Shown here piece after piece: positions 13,694 to 26,269 of a stretch of DNA of 64,000 nucleotides; within the stretch, counting starts at the first letter, position 1; each line of letters opens with the position of its first letter. The notes beneath the pieces are model-generated. The model worked only from the letters and a program-made list of their open reading frames with translations. It was not told where the DNA came from and did no database searches. This DNA comes from Eledone cirrhosa. Lineage: Eukaryota. The position numbers and the translations under genes were made by a program. Location: contig OZ024742.1 of assembly GCA_964016885.1 (NCBI GenBank), positions 260,400,001 to 260,464,000 on the forward strand. Reading direction: 5' to 3'.

Positions 13694-16600
13694 TATTAAT
13701 AAAAGGAATTCCAACTTTGATTTACTCTTTTATTTACAATCCTTTAAAATTTATAATGGTATTAGAATGAAATGGTATGGTAGAATATTAAATGTTAAGT
13801 GTTAATTGAACAAGTACTTTCATGCTCTCGCAATTTTCAGGTTCATATTCTGTGGTGACAGTCAAGTTTGCAATTTTCAACTGTAATGAGATGGGTAAAT
13901 GTTGTGCCTTATATACAGTGAAAAGTGGCTACAGAATGCTAGATTCTGAAAACAGTATTTCAACCAATCGATGTGTTGTTTCAATGGATTACTAAAGCTG
14001 ATTGGTTTAGGCGTCACGGTTGGTTGAGCATGTCTAACGACTACTATTTGACCTTATCCAAAGCATCAATTGTTTTGCTGTTTTTAGAAATGATGAAAAT
14101 AGCATTTTCTAGTAATCATCACCATCAACATCACTTCCATTATTATTACTGTTGTTGTTGTTGTTGTTAGTGGTAGTAGTGGACATGGTCGTAGTCATAG
14201 TAGGAGTAATATCCCATTATTATTGTTCATTTAGCTTGGGTTAGAATTTATCAATAAAATTCTTTTCTTTGATTTTTCTCTTGATTTCACTTGGGCTGTG
14301 TAATTTGTAGAATGGAAATATTATAAATATTCCCTGACGACATGTTGCTAGATGGTTACTCAGGGGTATCTGACGGACATTTGGGTCTCTGATTTGCTGT
14401 CGGTGCACCCGTGCACGTTCCGATAGTGCATTTCCAGTTTGACCGACATAGTTCTTCACAATTTGGGCATTTAATGCAGTAAATTAGATTTCTGCTTTTG
14501 CAGTTCATATTTGCATTTGGGAATATTTTTCCAGTTTTTGTGTTCATATATTGACCGTTGTGTATGGATTGACATGTGCCACATCGACTATCATTGCATT
14601 TAGATACAGTGAATGGTTGGTCTTTGTTGTTAAGGTCAAACTTTGCTTTTGTTAGTAATTGCTTCAAATTTTTCGGCTGTCTTTTACTAAGAGTCAAAGA
14701 TCGGTCTGTGATTAAGCCTTTTAATTCATTACTTTGAGCAATGATCGATAGGTTTGCTTTGGCAGTGTTGAAGATATTCTGGTGACATGGATTGTGTAGC
14801 ATTATAAATGGTATGACCAGTTCTTGGTTTCTTCTTACTTGGGTTGTCCTATGTTGTTGTATAGGTATTTTTATTGCCCGCTGTATGCCATTTTCTATAA
14901 GTAGAGATGGGTATTTTTGTTTGAGCAAAAATTCTCTTAGTTCTGTTAGGCGTTTGTTCCTGGTATTCGTATCTTCTACAATGGTACACATTCTTCTGGC
15001 TAGGCAGTATGGGATGTTGGGTTTTGTATGGAGTGGATGGCACGACTTAAAATTCAGATATTGATGGGTGTCTGTGTGTTTATAATATATATCCGTGGTA
15101 ATGGTGGTGTCATTTTTGATTACCATTTTTGATTACTAGGAATGGTAATTTGGTACTACTCATCTCTTTTCTGAATTGGAGAGATGGGTGTAGGTTATTC
15201 AGGAGCATATTGAACTCAACCAGAGTATCTAGAGATTCTGTCCAGATGATGAAACAGTCATCAAGGTATCTCTTCCAAGATTTTTCAATGTACTTTCTAA
15301 AGTCAGTGCTATATTTTTGCTCTATTTCTTGGTAGAGTTGTTGTTCTAAGTATCCCATTACAGAGTTCGCGTAAACGGGAGAAAACTTCGTTCCCATCGC
15401 TGTGCCTCTAATTTGGATGTAGTTCTTTCCATTGAAGAAGAAAGTGTTGTTTTCCAGAATAAGTTTGACTGCGTCTAATATAAATGGCGTTGTGAATCTG
15501 GTGGGAATCACTTCTCTATGTTTTTCCACCCAGTATGTAACCGCCTTTATTCCTAGATCATGTGTAATGTTGGTGTAAAGGCTTACCACATCAAAACTAA
15601 GTAGAAGTGAATTCGTTTCCATGGTTTGGGGAAGATGGGACAGGAAGTCGATATCATCCCGGATGAAACTGGGTATGTGAATACATAGTGGTTTCAAAAT
15701 AATGTCAACAAAATTGCTTAGACAGTGGGTAGGGCATGTTGGACCAGCTATAATAGGTCTAAGTTTTAAGTCTTTTGGGTGTAGTAATTTAATGTACTCA
15801 CTGTTTTGTTCTTTTACTGCCAGTTGTATTTCTTTTGACTTATAAACTTTCGGTAGGCCATACAGGTTGCTGGGTTTTGGCTCAAAATTGGTGATGTAGT
15901 CTCTTTCCTTATCAGTAAGTGAGTTGTGGTATTTTGAAGCCAGGTTGTTGATCTTCTTCATGATGTTGTGGTCTATATTTGACGGTATTTCATGATAGAA
16001 TGTTGTGTCTTTTAGTTGTTCCTCAACCAAATCTTTGTAGTATTCAGCATCCATTATAACAACTGCACCCCCTTTATCTGCTTGTTTAATTATTATTGTT
16101 TTATCATTTTGTATACGTTTAAGTGCAGACATTTCTGATTTGTTAATGCTTGGCCTAACATTAGTATTACGTCTAAGAGGAAATTTAAACAGGATGTCAA
16201 TGTATTGGTCGAGATAGATATTTCTTCCTTTTGGCGGAGTGAAATTTGATTTGTTCTTTACTAGTGATTCATCACTCTCATTACTTTTATCAGCGAAGAA
16301 TTCTACAAGACGTAATTTTCGACAGAATTCTTGGGTATCCTCCTTCAGTTCTTGGTGGTTGACTGTTGCAGTCGGTGTGAATTTCAGTCCTTTTGACAGA
16401 ATTTGCATTTCATCATTGTCAAGATCTCTTTTGGATAAATTAATTATTTTAGGATGTACGTGTACAGTTGTTTTGGGTATGTTTCCTCTTGGAGTTTTTC
16501 TTTTTCTGGTTTTTGTTGTCCTGACGTTAAAAAATGGATTTTTCTCTGTTCAGGATTTATATTCCTGTTGGTGTTTGCTTGATGAACTTTTGGTCGTGAT

Positions 16601-18272
16601 ATTATATTTGGTTTCGTTATGTTTTTTGTCCTATTTCTGGTATTATGTATATTATTTTTCCATTTCTTGTTAGCATTATTTTTAACAATCTGGGGAAATG
16701 ACCTAGGTTTGCTTTCAGGTTTAGATCGTTTTTTTCGCGCAGTTTCTTGTGGGTAATCTCTGTTGAGATCTTGAGAGTGATCTGGTTATTCTACGTTTTT
16801 TCCCCCGTTCCTTGTGGGTAGTCTCTGTTGAGATCTCCTGGTTTTTCTACTTCTCATGGTCTGGTCAAAGGAATATCTATCGTGTTTGTGCTTTTTGTTC
16901 ATGTTGTGTGCGTTAGGGTGTTTTTGTATAAAAAGCGAAGAGTTCTTACCCTAGTTCTTCTTTGATTCAAGGTAAGGTGAGTATTTGTGTTGCCACGTGT
17001 TCTGGCGTATGTTGTGTTGGTGAGATTGTCCACTTTTAATGCTTTTTCTCAGAGTTCCAGAGTCTTTACCGTAATTTTTAGCATATTCGTCGAGAAATAA
17101 TTGTTTCTGCTGCCATAACTTTCTTGATTTGCTTTCTTCTTTTGAGATATCTCTGATCCATAGTTCTCGTAGTTTTTCAGCTATATTACCAGTCGTTAGC
17201 TTTGAAATTTCGACTTCAATTTTGTCATCAATAGCTTCATATTTGGCTTTGGAGCGGGATTGTTTACATTGAGAAATGGAGATGTCGGTCCTGAATTTTG
17301 TCAATGTAAGTTCCCATCGGGGTTTTGTTTCTTCTTCTGGTTCTCCTGCAATTTCTGTAATTAGGTATTTACGAGGGAGTATGGGTGCCGTTAGAGAGAG
17401 CCATTTCGAATGTGTTTCGACATATTTTTCGCATTTGTATGCTTTCCAGAAGTTTTGTTTTCTTATGTTAAGAAATGTTTTCCATGTCTTCCACATTTCT
17501 TTTCTTATTCGATGTGTTTTGTTTTCCAAATTTCTTTCGTTTAGTTCTGACATCGAAGGGGGTTGTGGTAGGCTTTCTCTTGTATCTTTGATAACTATTG
17601 GTATAATTTCAGCTAAATTCTTAATTTCAGAGTTTATATGTTCAGTTATAAGTTTTCCGTCTGTAGATTGTTTTTCTATTTCCTTTAAAATAGAGGATTG
17701 TGTGTCAATCATCGTGATAAGTTTTGATAATTTCGATGATATCTCCTTTAGAATTCTTTCTGATTCTGTTGATTTCATTTGTTGCTTTCCAGACATGTTG
17801 GCATATACACAATAGGAATATATATATATATATATATATATAAATATACACGGGTGTGTATGATTGTGTATAGAAGATTATATTAATAAAAGGAATTCCA
17901 ACTTTGTCTGATTTATTCGTTTTATTTACAATCCTTTAAAATTTATAATGGTATTAGAATGAAATAGTATGGTAGAATATTAAATGCTAAGTGTTAATTG
18001 AACATGTACTTTCATGCTTTCGCAATCTTCAGGTTCATATTCTGTGGTGACAGTCAAGTTTGCAATTTTCAACTGTAATCAGATGGGTAAATGTTGTGCC
18101 TTATATACAGTGAAAAGTGGCTACAGAATGCTAGATTCTGCAAACTGTATTTCGACCAATCGGTGTGTAGTTTCACTGGATTACTAAAGCTGATTGGTTT
18201 AGGCATCACGGTTGGTTGAGCATGTCTAACGACTACTATTTGACCCTATCCAAAGCATCAATTGTTTTGCTT
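13694..18272 (-). mobile_element. Near full-length Neptune-like PLE with two direct pseudo-LTRs
   Basis: Direct repeats at ~13694-14080 and ~17881-18272, each with a decayed HHR (TGAAC-CTGAARA-TTGC gara GCAT-GAAA-GTAC-WT-GTTCA). They enclose a frameshifted RT-EN ORF. Confidence 0.9.
14241..17796 (-). pseudogene. Neptune-like PLE polyprotein (N-terminal region, RT, Zn linker, GIY-YIG), frameshifted
   Basis: KQADKGGAVV, LYGLPKVYK, SFDVVSLYTNI, GTAMGT, RYLDD, CNDSRCGTC...CKSRNLIYCIKCPNC, YVGQT. Confidence 0.88.
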
Positions 18273-18595
18273 TTCACTGTATATATTCACTGTGTGCTTT
18301 TATTTGTGCCACCAGCACTAGAGAGGATGTCTTACTGGACTCATGGGCCCTTTCTACCCCTCCATGTTAGAACATTGTCATAACAACAACAAAAAAAGAC
18401 CACTTATTGACACTCACGGCACACACACACACTCACTCACACACCAACACTCATGCATACAAAGACACATGCCACTCACATACCAACACTCATGCATACA
18501 AACACACACACGCCACTCACACACATACATATATTACTGTCAGTACTGATACAAGATCATGTCAACTGTTGACTTTTACAGTTCAGTTTTTATGT

Positions 18596-18906
18596 AATAA
18601 TTGTTTCTACTTTTGGCACAAGGCCAGCAATTATCCCAGTGCATTATTGGTACTTTATTTTATCGACCCCGTAAGGATGAAAGGCAAAGTTAACCTCGGC
18701 GGGATTTGAACTCAGAATGACAAGGGCCGCCGTAACTCTATGCGTCAAAGCATGGCGTCCGACCCTCTACCGATACTGCCAATCCACCACCCTTATATAA
18801 TAATTGTTTCTACTTTTTGGCACAAGGCCAGCAATTATCCAATGCATTACTGGTACTTTATTCTATCGACCCCGGAAGGATGAAAGGCAAAGTTAACCTC
18901 GGCGGG
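18596..18906 (-). mobile_element. Nin-domain SINE: one full copy (18596-18792) and an adjacent 3'-half copy (18799-18906)
   Basis: Same sequence as 10534-10720. Confidence 0.85.
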
Positions 18907-19417
18907 TTAACTTATATAATAATAATAATAATTGTTTGCTTTACAGCCCTCCACACTCCGGGCCCAGAACAAGGCACCAGCAATGCGCTGGGACAATCGC
19001 TGCTCCGTGCTAAGAACAGAATAGTTATTTAGTATAGTTGTTTTCTTCTTCTTAAGGCCTGATCGCTGGTGATGGTGATGGTGGTGGTGGTGGATTGTAT
19101 CAGTGACGGTGGTGGTGGGGGATGGTGTCAATGATGGTGATGACAGTTGGTGTTGTTGTTGTTGTTGTTGTTGTTGTCGTTGTTGTTGTGGCTGCCGTTG
19201 TTGTTCATTTCACTGATGCTGCTGCTGCAGACAATGGTGTTGTTGCTGTTGTTGTAGTCGCTGGGTTGAAATAAATACTCTATATATATATAGTGTTAGT
19301 ATCATAAATAAGAGATAGTTTAATTTGTACATTTTATTACAACATTCCTTTATACATATATATATATATGTATATATACATACATAAACAAGTTATTTAC
19401 AGTTATAGAAAAGAAGT

Positions 19418-19480
19418 ATAATTGTTTCTACTTTTGGCACAAGGCCAGCAATTATCCCAGTACATTACTGGTACTTTATT
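19418..19480 (-). mobile_element. Nin-domain SINE 3' tail fragment
   Basis: ATAATTGTTTCTACTTTTGGCACAAGGCCAGC... as in the other copies. Confidence 0.75.
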
Positions 19481-19664
19481 ATATATAATATATATAATAC
19501 GACATTCCTCTCTCTTTCTTATTCTGTCTTTTTAGATAGATATATAACTGTAACGTTGCGCACTTATAATACCTGTCTGTATGTCTGCCTGTCTGCCTGT
19601 CTGCATTGAGTTCGCTTCTAACCAACTTTTAATTAATTATATATATATATATAATTATATATTC

Positions 19665-20437
19665 GTGTACATATTTTCAACAGAAATACTATACTATACT
19701 GTATATGTTCAACAATAATACTATACTATACTATATATTTTCAACAGTAATACTGTATTATATATTTTCAACAGTAATGCTGTACCGTACTATATATTTT
19801 CAACAGTAATACTGTACTATACTTTACATTTTCAACGGTAATACTATACTATACTATATATTTTCAACAGTAATACTTATACTATATATTTTCAACAGTG
19901 ATACTATACTACATATTTTCAACAATAATACTATACTATACTATATATTTTCAACAGTAATACTATACTATAAATTTTCAACAGTAATACTATACTACAC
20001 TATATGTTTTCAACAGTAATATTATACTATATATTTTCAACAGTAATAGTGTACTATATATTTTCAAGAGTAATACTATACTATATATTTTCAACAGTAA
20101 TACTGTACTATACTATATATTTTCAACAGTAATACTATACCATATATTTTCAACAGTAATACTGTACTATATGTTTTCAACAGTAATACTGTACTATATA
20201 TTTCCAACAGTAATACTGTACTATACTGTATATTTTCAACAGTAATACTGTACTATATATTTTCAACAGTAATACTGTACTATATATTTTCAACAGTAAT
20301 ACTATACTATATATTTTCAACAGTAATACTGTACTATACTATATATTTTCAACAGTAATACTATACTATATATAATATTTTCAACAGTAATACTATACTA
20401 TATAATAATACTATACTATAATAGTAATACTATACTA
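19665..20437. repeat. AT-rich minisatellite, 27/32-bp units
   Basis: Tandem TATATTTTCAACAGTAATACT(A/G)TAC, with or without an extra TATAC; more than 20 copies. Confidence 0.92.
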
Positions 20438-20485
20438 CAGAGACGGCTTATCATCTGTTTATCCAAGCGAAGCTATGTACGTCAG

Positions 20486-20545
<60 letters not shown>

Positions 20546-20781
20546 TGATGCCGTAGAACACCCCAATAGTAGTCGGGCGCCAGCCGGATGGGCCAGCTAG
20601 TATATATATATATAGAGAGAGAGTATTTACGTATCGAGAGAGAGAAAAAAGGGAAGGATAGGTGATACATGTAGTTATTTGCCAAATAGCGTATGCAGAA
20701 GGTGCTCAATACTAGTGCCGGCAGTATTAAATATTAGAAGTGTTAATATTTAGTGGGCGAGAGAGTTAGAAGAGCGTAAGC

Positions 20782-23700
20782 ACGTGGAAAAGTAAGAAAT
20801 CGGAGAACAGACCGTTAATACATGTTTATTTAAAACACCACCTACGTACGTTTCGCCCGGTTGGGCTTCTCAAGGGCATAAATAACCAAAAGTGTTCCTT
20901 ACATGGCCCGGAAAGTGTTTTGGGGGGTAAGTTCACGTCATAATTCATTCTTCGCAAAAAAGCGTGTTTTGAGTTTGCAGTTGGTTAAGGGAGGTAACTC
21001 TGGCCGGTGTTAGGGCAGTCTTTCCCGGACAAATTTTTTATCCTTACAAGATGTGGTTACAACCTTACCATTGTCGATATGCACAGGGTCAGGTATATAT
21101 CTCCTCCATAAGCTTAGGGGCGAGATACCGGCCCTACAAGGAGGTGTATATAGGGATGACGCCCTCTTTACCGTTAGGAATCATAGCCCTCGTAGGATAG
21201 AGAACCTTAACAAGCATATACACAGGTTCTTCAAGTCATACGGCCTATCCGTAACTATAGACCCTAACCACCAGGTTGTCAACTTCCTGGACGTGACCCT
21301 GGAGTTGAGCACGGGCCTATACAAGCCATACCATAAGCCTGGAGAGAGCCTTTCTTATATTAATTATGCCTCCAACCACTCTAAGCAGACTCTCAACTCC
21401 ATAGTCTATAGAAGGGGTCGGCAATCTTTTGGAGAGAGAGGGCCAAACAGCTATGCAGTGTCATGGAGGAGGGCCATGTTATTAAATATGTAAATAAATT
21501 TTCTGGAGGTTTAAAGCAAAACAAGGAATTTAATATAATTTTATTTTAACAAGGCCCCTTATTTTACTGCAGGAATAACAACAAAAAAAATACAAACACA
21601 TTCAACAAAAAAAAAGCAAATTCCTTATTTTACTGCAGGAAAACAACTACTATGACAATCGACAACAAAAAAAAGCAAATTCCTTGCTACAAACGAAATA
21701 CAGTTAGAAATGGTAAATGATTTAATGAGACACTTGTTTCTGCTTATTGTGCGATAACTTCTCCACATCAGGTGAAATATTTGTCGATGACAGGAGCAAA
21801 ACATCATCCAGGTGGTCGTCACGCAACCTTGTTCTTAAATGACTTTTAGTATATTTCATTTTTGAAAAAAGTTGTTCACAAGCATATGTACTTCCAAATA
21901 ATGATATCATCAGTTTCGCATTAGTCAAGATGTTTTTATATTTTCCGCTTGGCAATATATATTTCTTGTAGAAGTCAGCTGTGGATTCGAACTGAAATTC
22001 CGATTTCAAAGATTCGTTGTACTGTAAGTCAATTAACTCCAACTGATATTCTTCTGCCACTTGCTCCACATCTGTTTCGTAAGGAGTACCAAATAACTTA
22101 GAGTTCCATATTGCCGGAAGTCAGCAAAACGAGAGGAAAACTCGCTTCTCAAATCCTTAATAGAGCTCACAAAGATGTCTGGTATTATATCTCTCTTGTG
22201 ATTTTGGAGACTTGGGAAATTAGAGTAGTTTCCTTTTTGAAGTTGTGATTCCCACAGTCGAAGTTTTCTCTCAAAAGCAGTAATTTGAACAAACATCTCA
22301 AATACAACCTTGTTCTTTCCTTGAAGTTCAAGATTCAAAGTGATCATGTGGGTCTTGATGTCCACTAAAAAAGCTAACTTGACAACCCACTGTGGATCCT
22401 GAAAGTAAGAATTATCTTGGTCTTTGCTCTCTAAAAACATAGAAATCTCTTCTCTCAATGCATATACTCGTTCTATCATTTTTCCGCGGCTAAGCCATCG
22501 AAAATATGTAAGGTCGTCATACTCTGCTTCAATTTGTTTTAGAAATTCTTGAAACTGGCGGTGATTTAGTCCTCTTGACAGTATAAAATTCACTGTTTTC
22601 ACGACCCCTGCCATGATGTCCTTAAAATTCAGTGACTTTGCACATAATGATTCTTGATGAATAATGCAATGAAGTTTGATTAGTTTTTGATCAATACTGA
22701 TGTGGTTTTGGAGCAATGCAACAAACCTCTTTTTCTCTCCAACCATTGCTGGTGCTCCATCTGTGATTACTCCAGAAAGCTTTGATAAATCCAGATTCAT
22801 TTCGGTAATCCATTTTATTATGCTTTCAAAATATCTGTTCCAGTGCTAGTGTCCTTCATAGGAATCAATTGTACAAATTCTTCCACAATATCAAATGTTG
22901 GTGTTACACCCCTCACAAACACTGCAAGTTGACAAGTATCCTTCATATCTGTGGTTTCATCGATAGCAATGGAATAATACTCCAGATTATTTAAAATGCC
23001 CTCCAAGCCACTTCTGACATTTGCTGCCAGCTCTTCAATTCGCCTTGTTACTGTTCTTGCCGATAAGCTGATCGCAGAAAATAATTCCCTTTTTTCTAGA
23101 CAAACAACATCTGCTATCTTCAACAATAATTCTTTGAAGAAATCTCCATCAGTAAAAGGTTCCATACTTTCTGCAATTAGTTTTGACACCTCGTAGCTAG
23201 CACGAGTGTTTCGGTCACTTTCTTCAACTTTTGTAATGAAAAAGGATGATTACTTTGTTACATTATTTCTCAGCCGTGCAAATTCGTTTACTCGTGCTTT
23301 TCCAGTAAAACTGTTGTAATGATTATGACGAGTTTCATAGTGCCGTTTAATATTTGAAACTTTCTTCACGGTAATGGTTTCTTGACAAATTAAGCAAACA
23401 CATTTTCCGAAGTGCTCAATGAAAAAATAGCTAAGTGTCCAGCCATCATTAAAAGTTCGGCACACCAAATCCACTTTTCTTTTCTTAGCTTCCATGGGCT
23501 TGTTTTTGTTCAAACAAAAAAGATTTATGGAAAGGAAAAAGAACAAAAAGTATAATAATCAGAATGAAGAAATAAGAAACAATGAAAATAAATGTAAATG
23601 CAAATACAGTAATGCGATAAAATATGATAATTGTGAATAAATTATATAAAACCAGGTTTCTAACAACGTTGTTAGATCAGGGTTGCCATTTGTTTTTTTA

Positions 23701-26018
23701 AACCACTTTTGGCCTAATTCTAATAATAATAATTCACACAATTTATCACAAATAATTAAGTAAACGTTATTATCGAATAAAGATACCTACTGTATAGTTG
23801 TTATACCACCAGACAACAAACTCAAATGAAAATACTCTGGGGAGGAGGGAACGAAGTAATTTTCAATGGAAAATATAATAAGGTTACAAAGGTATCTGTA
23901 AATATATACGGTATGAGCACCGATTTCTGATGGGCATCACGTCGGCACAACCTTGAAGTGAACTACTGTATCTATATTCGATACTAATTAGATAATTAGT
24001 GTCCAGTGTAAGATGGCAAGCCGGACAAAAATCACTCGAGGATCGGATGTGGCCCGCGGCCGGGGGTTGCCGACCCCTGGTATATAGCATCTCACATAGA
24101 ATCTCGAGGCTCTCCGCCAATGAGGATATCTTCAACCAAGCGGCAGATTACTACAATAGGGCCTTGATAAGCGCTGGCTTTAACCGAGGAATTTCCTACA
24201 TCCCTAACGCTAGCTCTAGAAACCACCCCCTCATAAGACGAACGTTATAGTAAGCCATACCTGTAACCGATCACGCGCGCCTTCGTAGAAGTCGGATATA
24301 ATAGTATAGATAATCGCACTAAGGAACACGGCCGCAACGTTAATTACACTGGTGATGGTATAGGTAACTTACCACACAATAAAGATCACGACCCCGGTGA
24401 CAGTGACCACTGTAGCCTACTCGAATTATTCCCCTACTATAAAATCAACAAAGGCCTACTACCAACGCCTTCCAACCAACATCTTCCTGTACATAAACAT
24501 GGAAGAAGAGTGCACCCGAGCATAAAGTGAAAGGGGCACGTAACGGGCTACAGCGCATTAACATGCATAAGAATGGTCACCTTGATGGAACCACCCATAG
24601 CAAACATACAAGGACATGTAATCGCCACTGTAACGTCCTATGGTTCCATCCCCCCTACTCTCGGAGCCTCCAACATAGCCCGGATATACTTCGAAGCCTT
24701 AGAGGAGAACTTCCCGCCCAACCATAGGTACAGAAAAATCCTTAATAGGAACAATATAAAAATATCCTTCTCTACTAACCCTAACCTAGCAGACATCATA
24801 GGAACAACGAACCACAGTAAGATCACCAAGACACAGCACCTTAGCACAGACGCACCTACACCTAAGAATAACTAGATCGGCCTTAACGACTCCCTAGCAG
24901 CATCCAATAGTGCTGGCAACAGCCTCTAGAGACGCAACCAGCATAACCGCGGCATGACTGGGGAACATGCAGGACATGACGTGTGGAATAATAATGGTAC
25001 CACACCGCGCACAGTGGGTTGTAATGGTGCTAACGACAGGTGCGGGAGCGTAGATAACAACGTAGATAGCAATAATGATAGCCTTACTGTGGGAATTAGA
25101 AGGAACTGCGACAGAAATTGCAACTGCCGCGGCAGGGGACGCTGCTCCCTTAGAGGATACTGCTTGACTGATAGGGTTATATATAGGTGCACTGTAACTA
25201 GCCACAATAGCGTTAAACATTATATAGGGGCTACCTCTGGCCCGTTCAAAATTAGATTTCGAACACATCTCCACTCTTTCACAAATAAGAAATTAAGACT
25301 CTCCACTTCGCTCGCGAACTACATCACATCATTAAAAGACTTAAACATCAGCTTCTCCATGCACTGGGATATTGTCGGCAGGGCTGCACCGTACAACTTC
25401 AAGAGGAAGTGCGATCTTTGCCTCGTGGAGCTCTACCACATCATAACTGCATCCCACGAGCTCATCAACAGTAGACCTGAAACGACGATAAGCTGTACAC
25501 GTCGCTTAAAAATATCCTTCTTAAGATGGGATAAGGATGAGGAGTGAAACCGTCTACCAGGTCTCCCTGCAACAAGCTTTAACACCCCGGCTGGCAGGCG
25601 CTGCAACAAACATCCAGGAAACTAACTATGCATCCCAGACCCAGCTTCAAATGACCCAGGCGGGCAGGTGCAGAAAACAAACGTCTCAAAATAAGCTTTG
25701 ATTACCTGACTCTGTGCGTATCGACAATGGTAAGGTTGTAACCACATCTTGTAACGGATACAAAATGTGTCCGGGAAAGACTGCCCTAACACCGGCCAGA
25801 GTTACCTCCCTTGACCAACTGCAAAATCAAAACACGCTTTTTTTGCGAAGAATGAACTATGACGTGAACTTACCCCCAAAAACACTTTCCGGGCCATGTA
25901 AGGAACACTTTTGGTTATTTATGCCCTTGAGAAGCCCAACCGGGCGAAACGTACGTAGGTGCTGTTTTAAATAAACATGTATTAACGGTCTGTTCTCCGA
26001 TTTCTTACTTTTCCACGT
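20782..26018 (+). mobile_element. Hydra-like PLE, 5'-truncated, with inverted 3' arm; interrupted by a hAT
   Basis: GVYRDD and VNFLDVTL (21053-21411). Frame resumes after 24087 (SISHRISRLSANE). Then WFHPPYS, NCNCRGRGRC (CxCx5C), YIGAT..FKIRF..H. 20782-21095 is the reverse complement of ~25703-26018. Confidence 0.87.
21412..24079 (-). mobile_element. hAT-Charlie/Buster-type DNA transposon (GTF2IRD2-like transposase), decayed
   Basis: TIRs (A/C)AGGGGTCGGCAA; 8-bp TSD GTCTATAG/GTATATAG. BED-like CLIC..NIKRHY, AIDETTD, TDGAPAM, HCIIHQE, RWLSRG, FGSTYACEQLFS. Confidence 0.93.
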
Positions 26019-26110
26019 ATATATATATATACATATATATATATAATGTGGGTAATATCAAATATTATCCTATTACAAGTATGAGATTAGCTCAATATAA
26101 AATAATAAAT

Positions 26111-26240
26111 ATAATTGTTTCTACTTTTGGTACAAGGCCAGCAATTATCCTAGTACATTACTGGTACACTATTTTATCAACCTTGTAAGGATGAAAGGCA
26201 AAGTTAACCTTGGCGTGATTTGAACTCAGACCGCAAAGGG
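26111..26240 (-). mobile_element. Nin-domain SINE, 5'-truncated
   Basis: Diverged match to 10534-10720. Confidence 0.78.
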
Positions 26241-26269
26241 GCAAAATATAATACGGAGCCGAAATACTT

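Noticed and set aside
21722-23546. Domesticated GTF2IRD2/ZBED-like host gene
   Set aside because: Stops and frameshifts, with intact TIRs and TSD: a decayed transposon.
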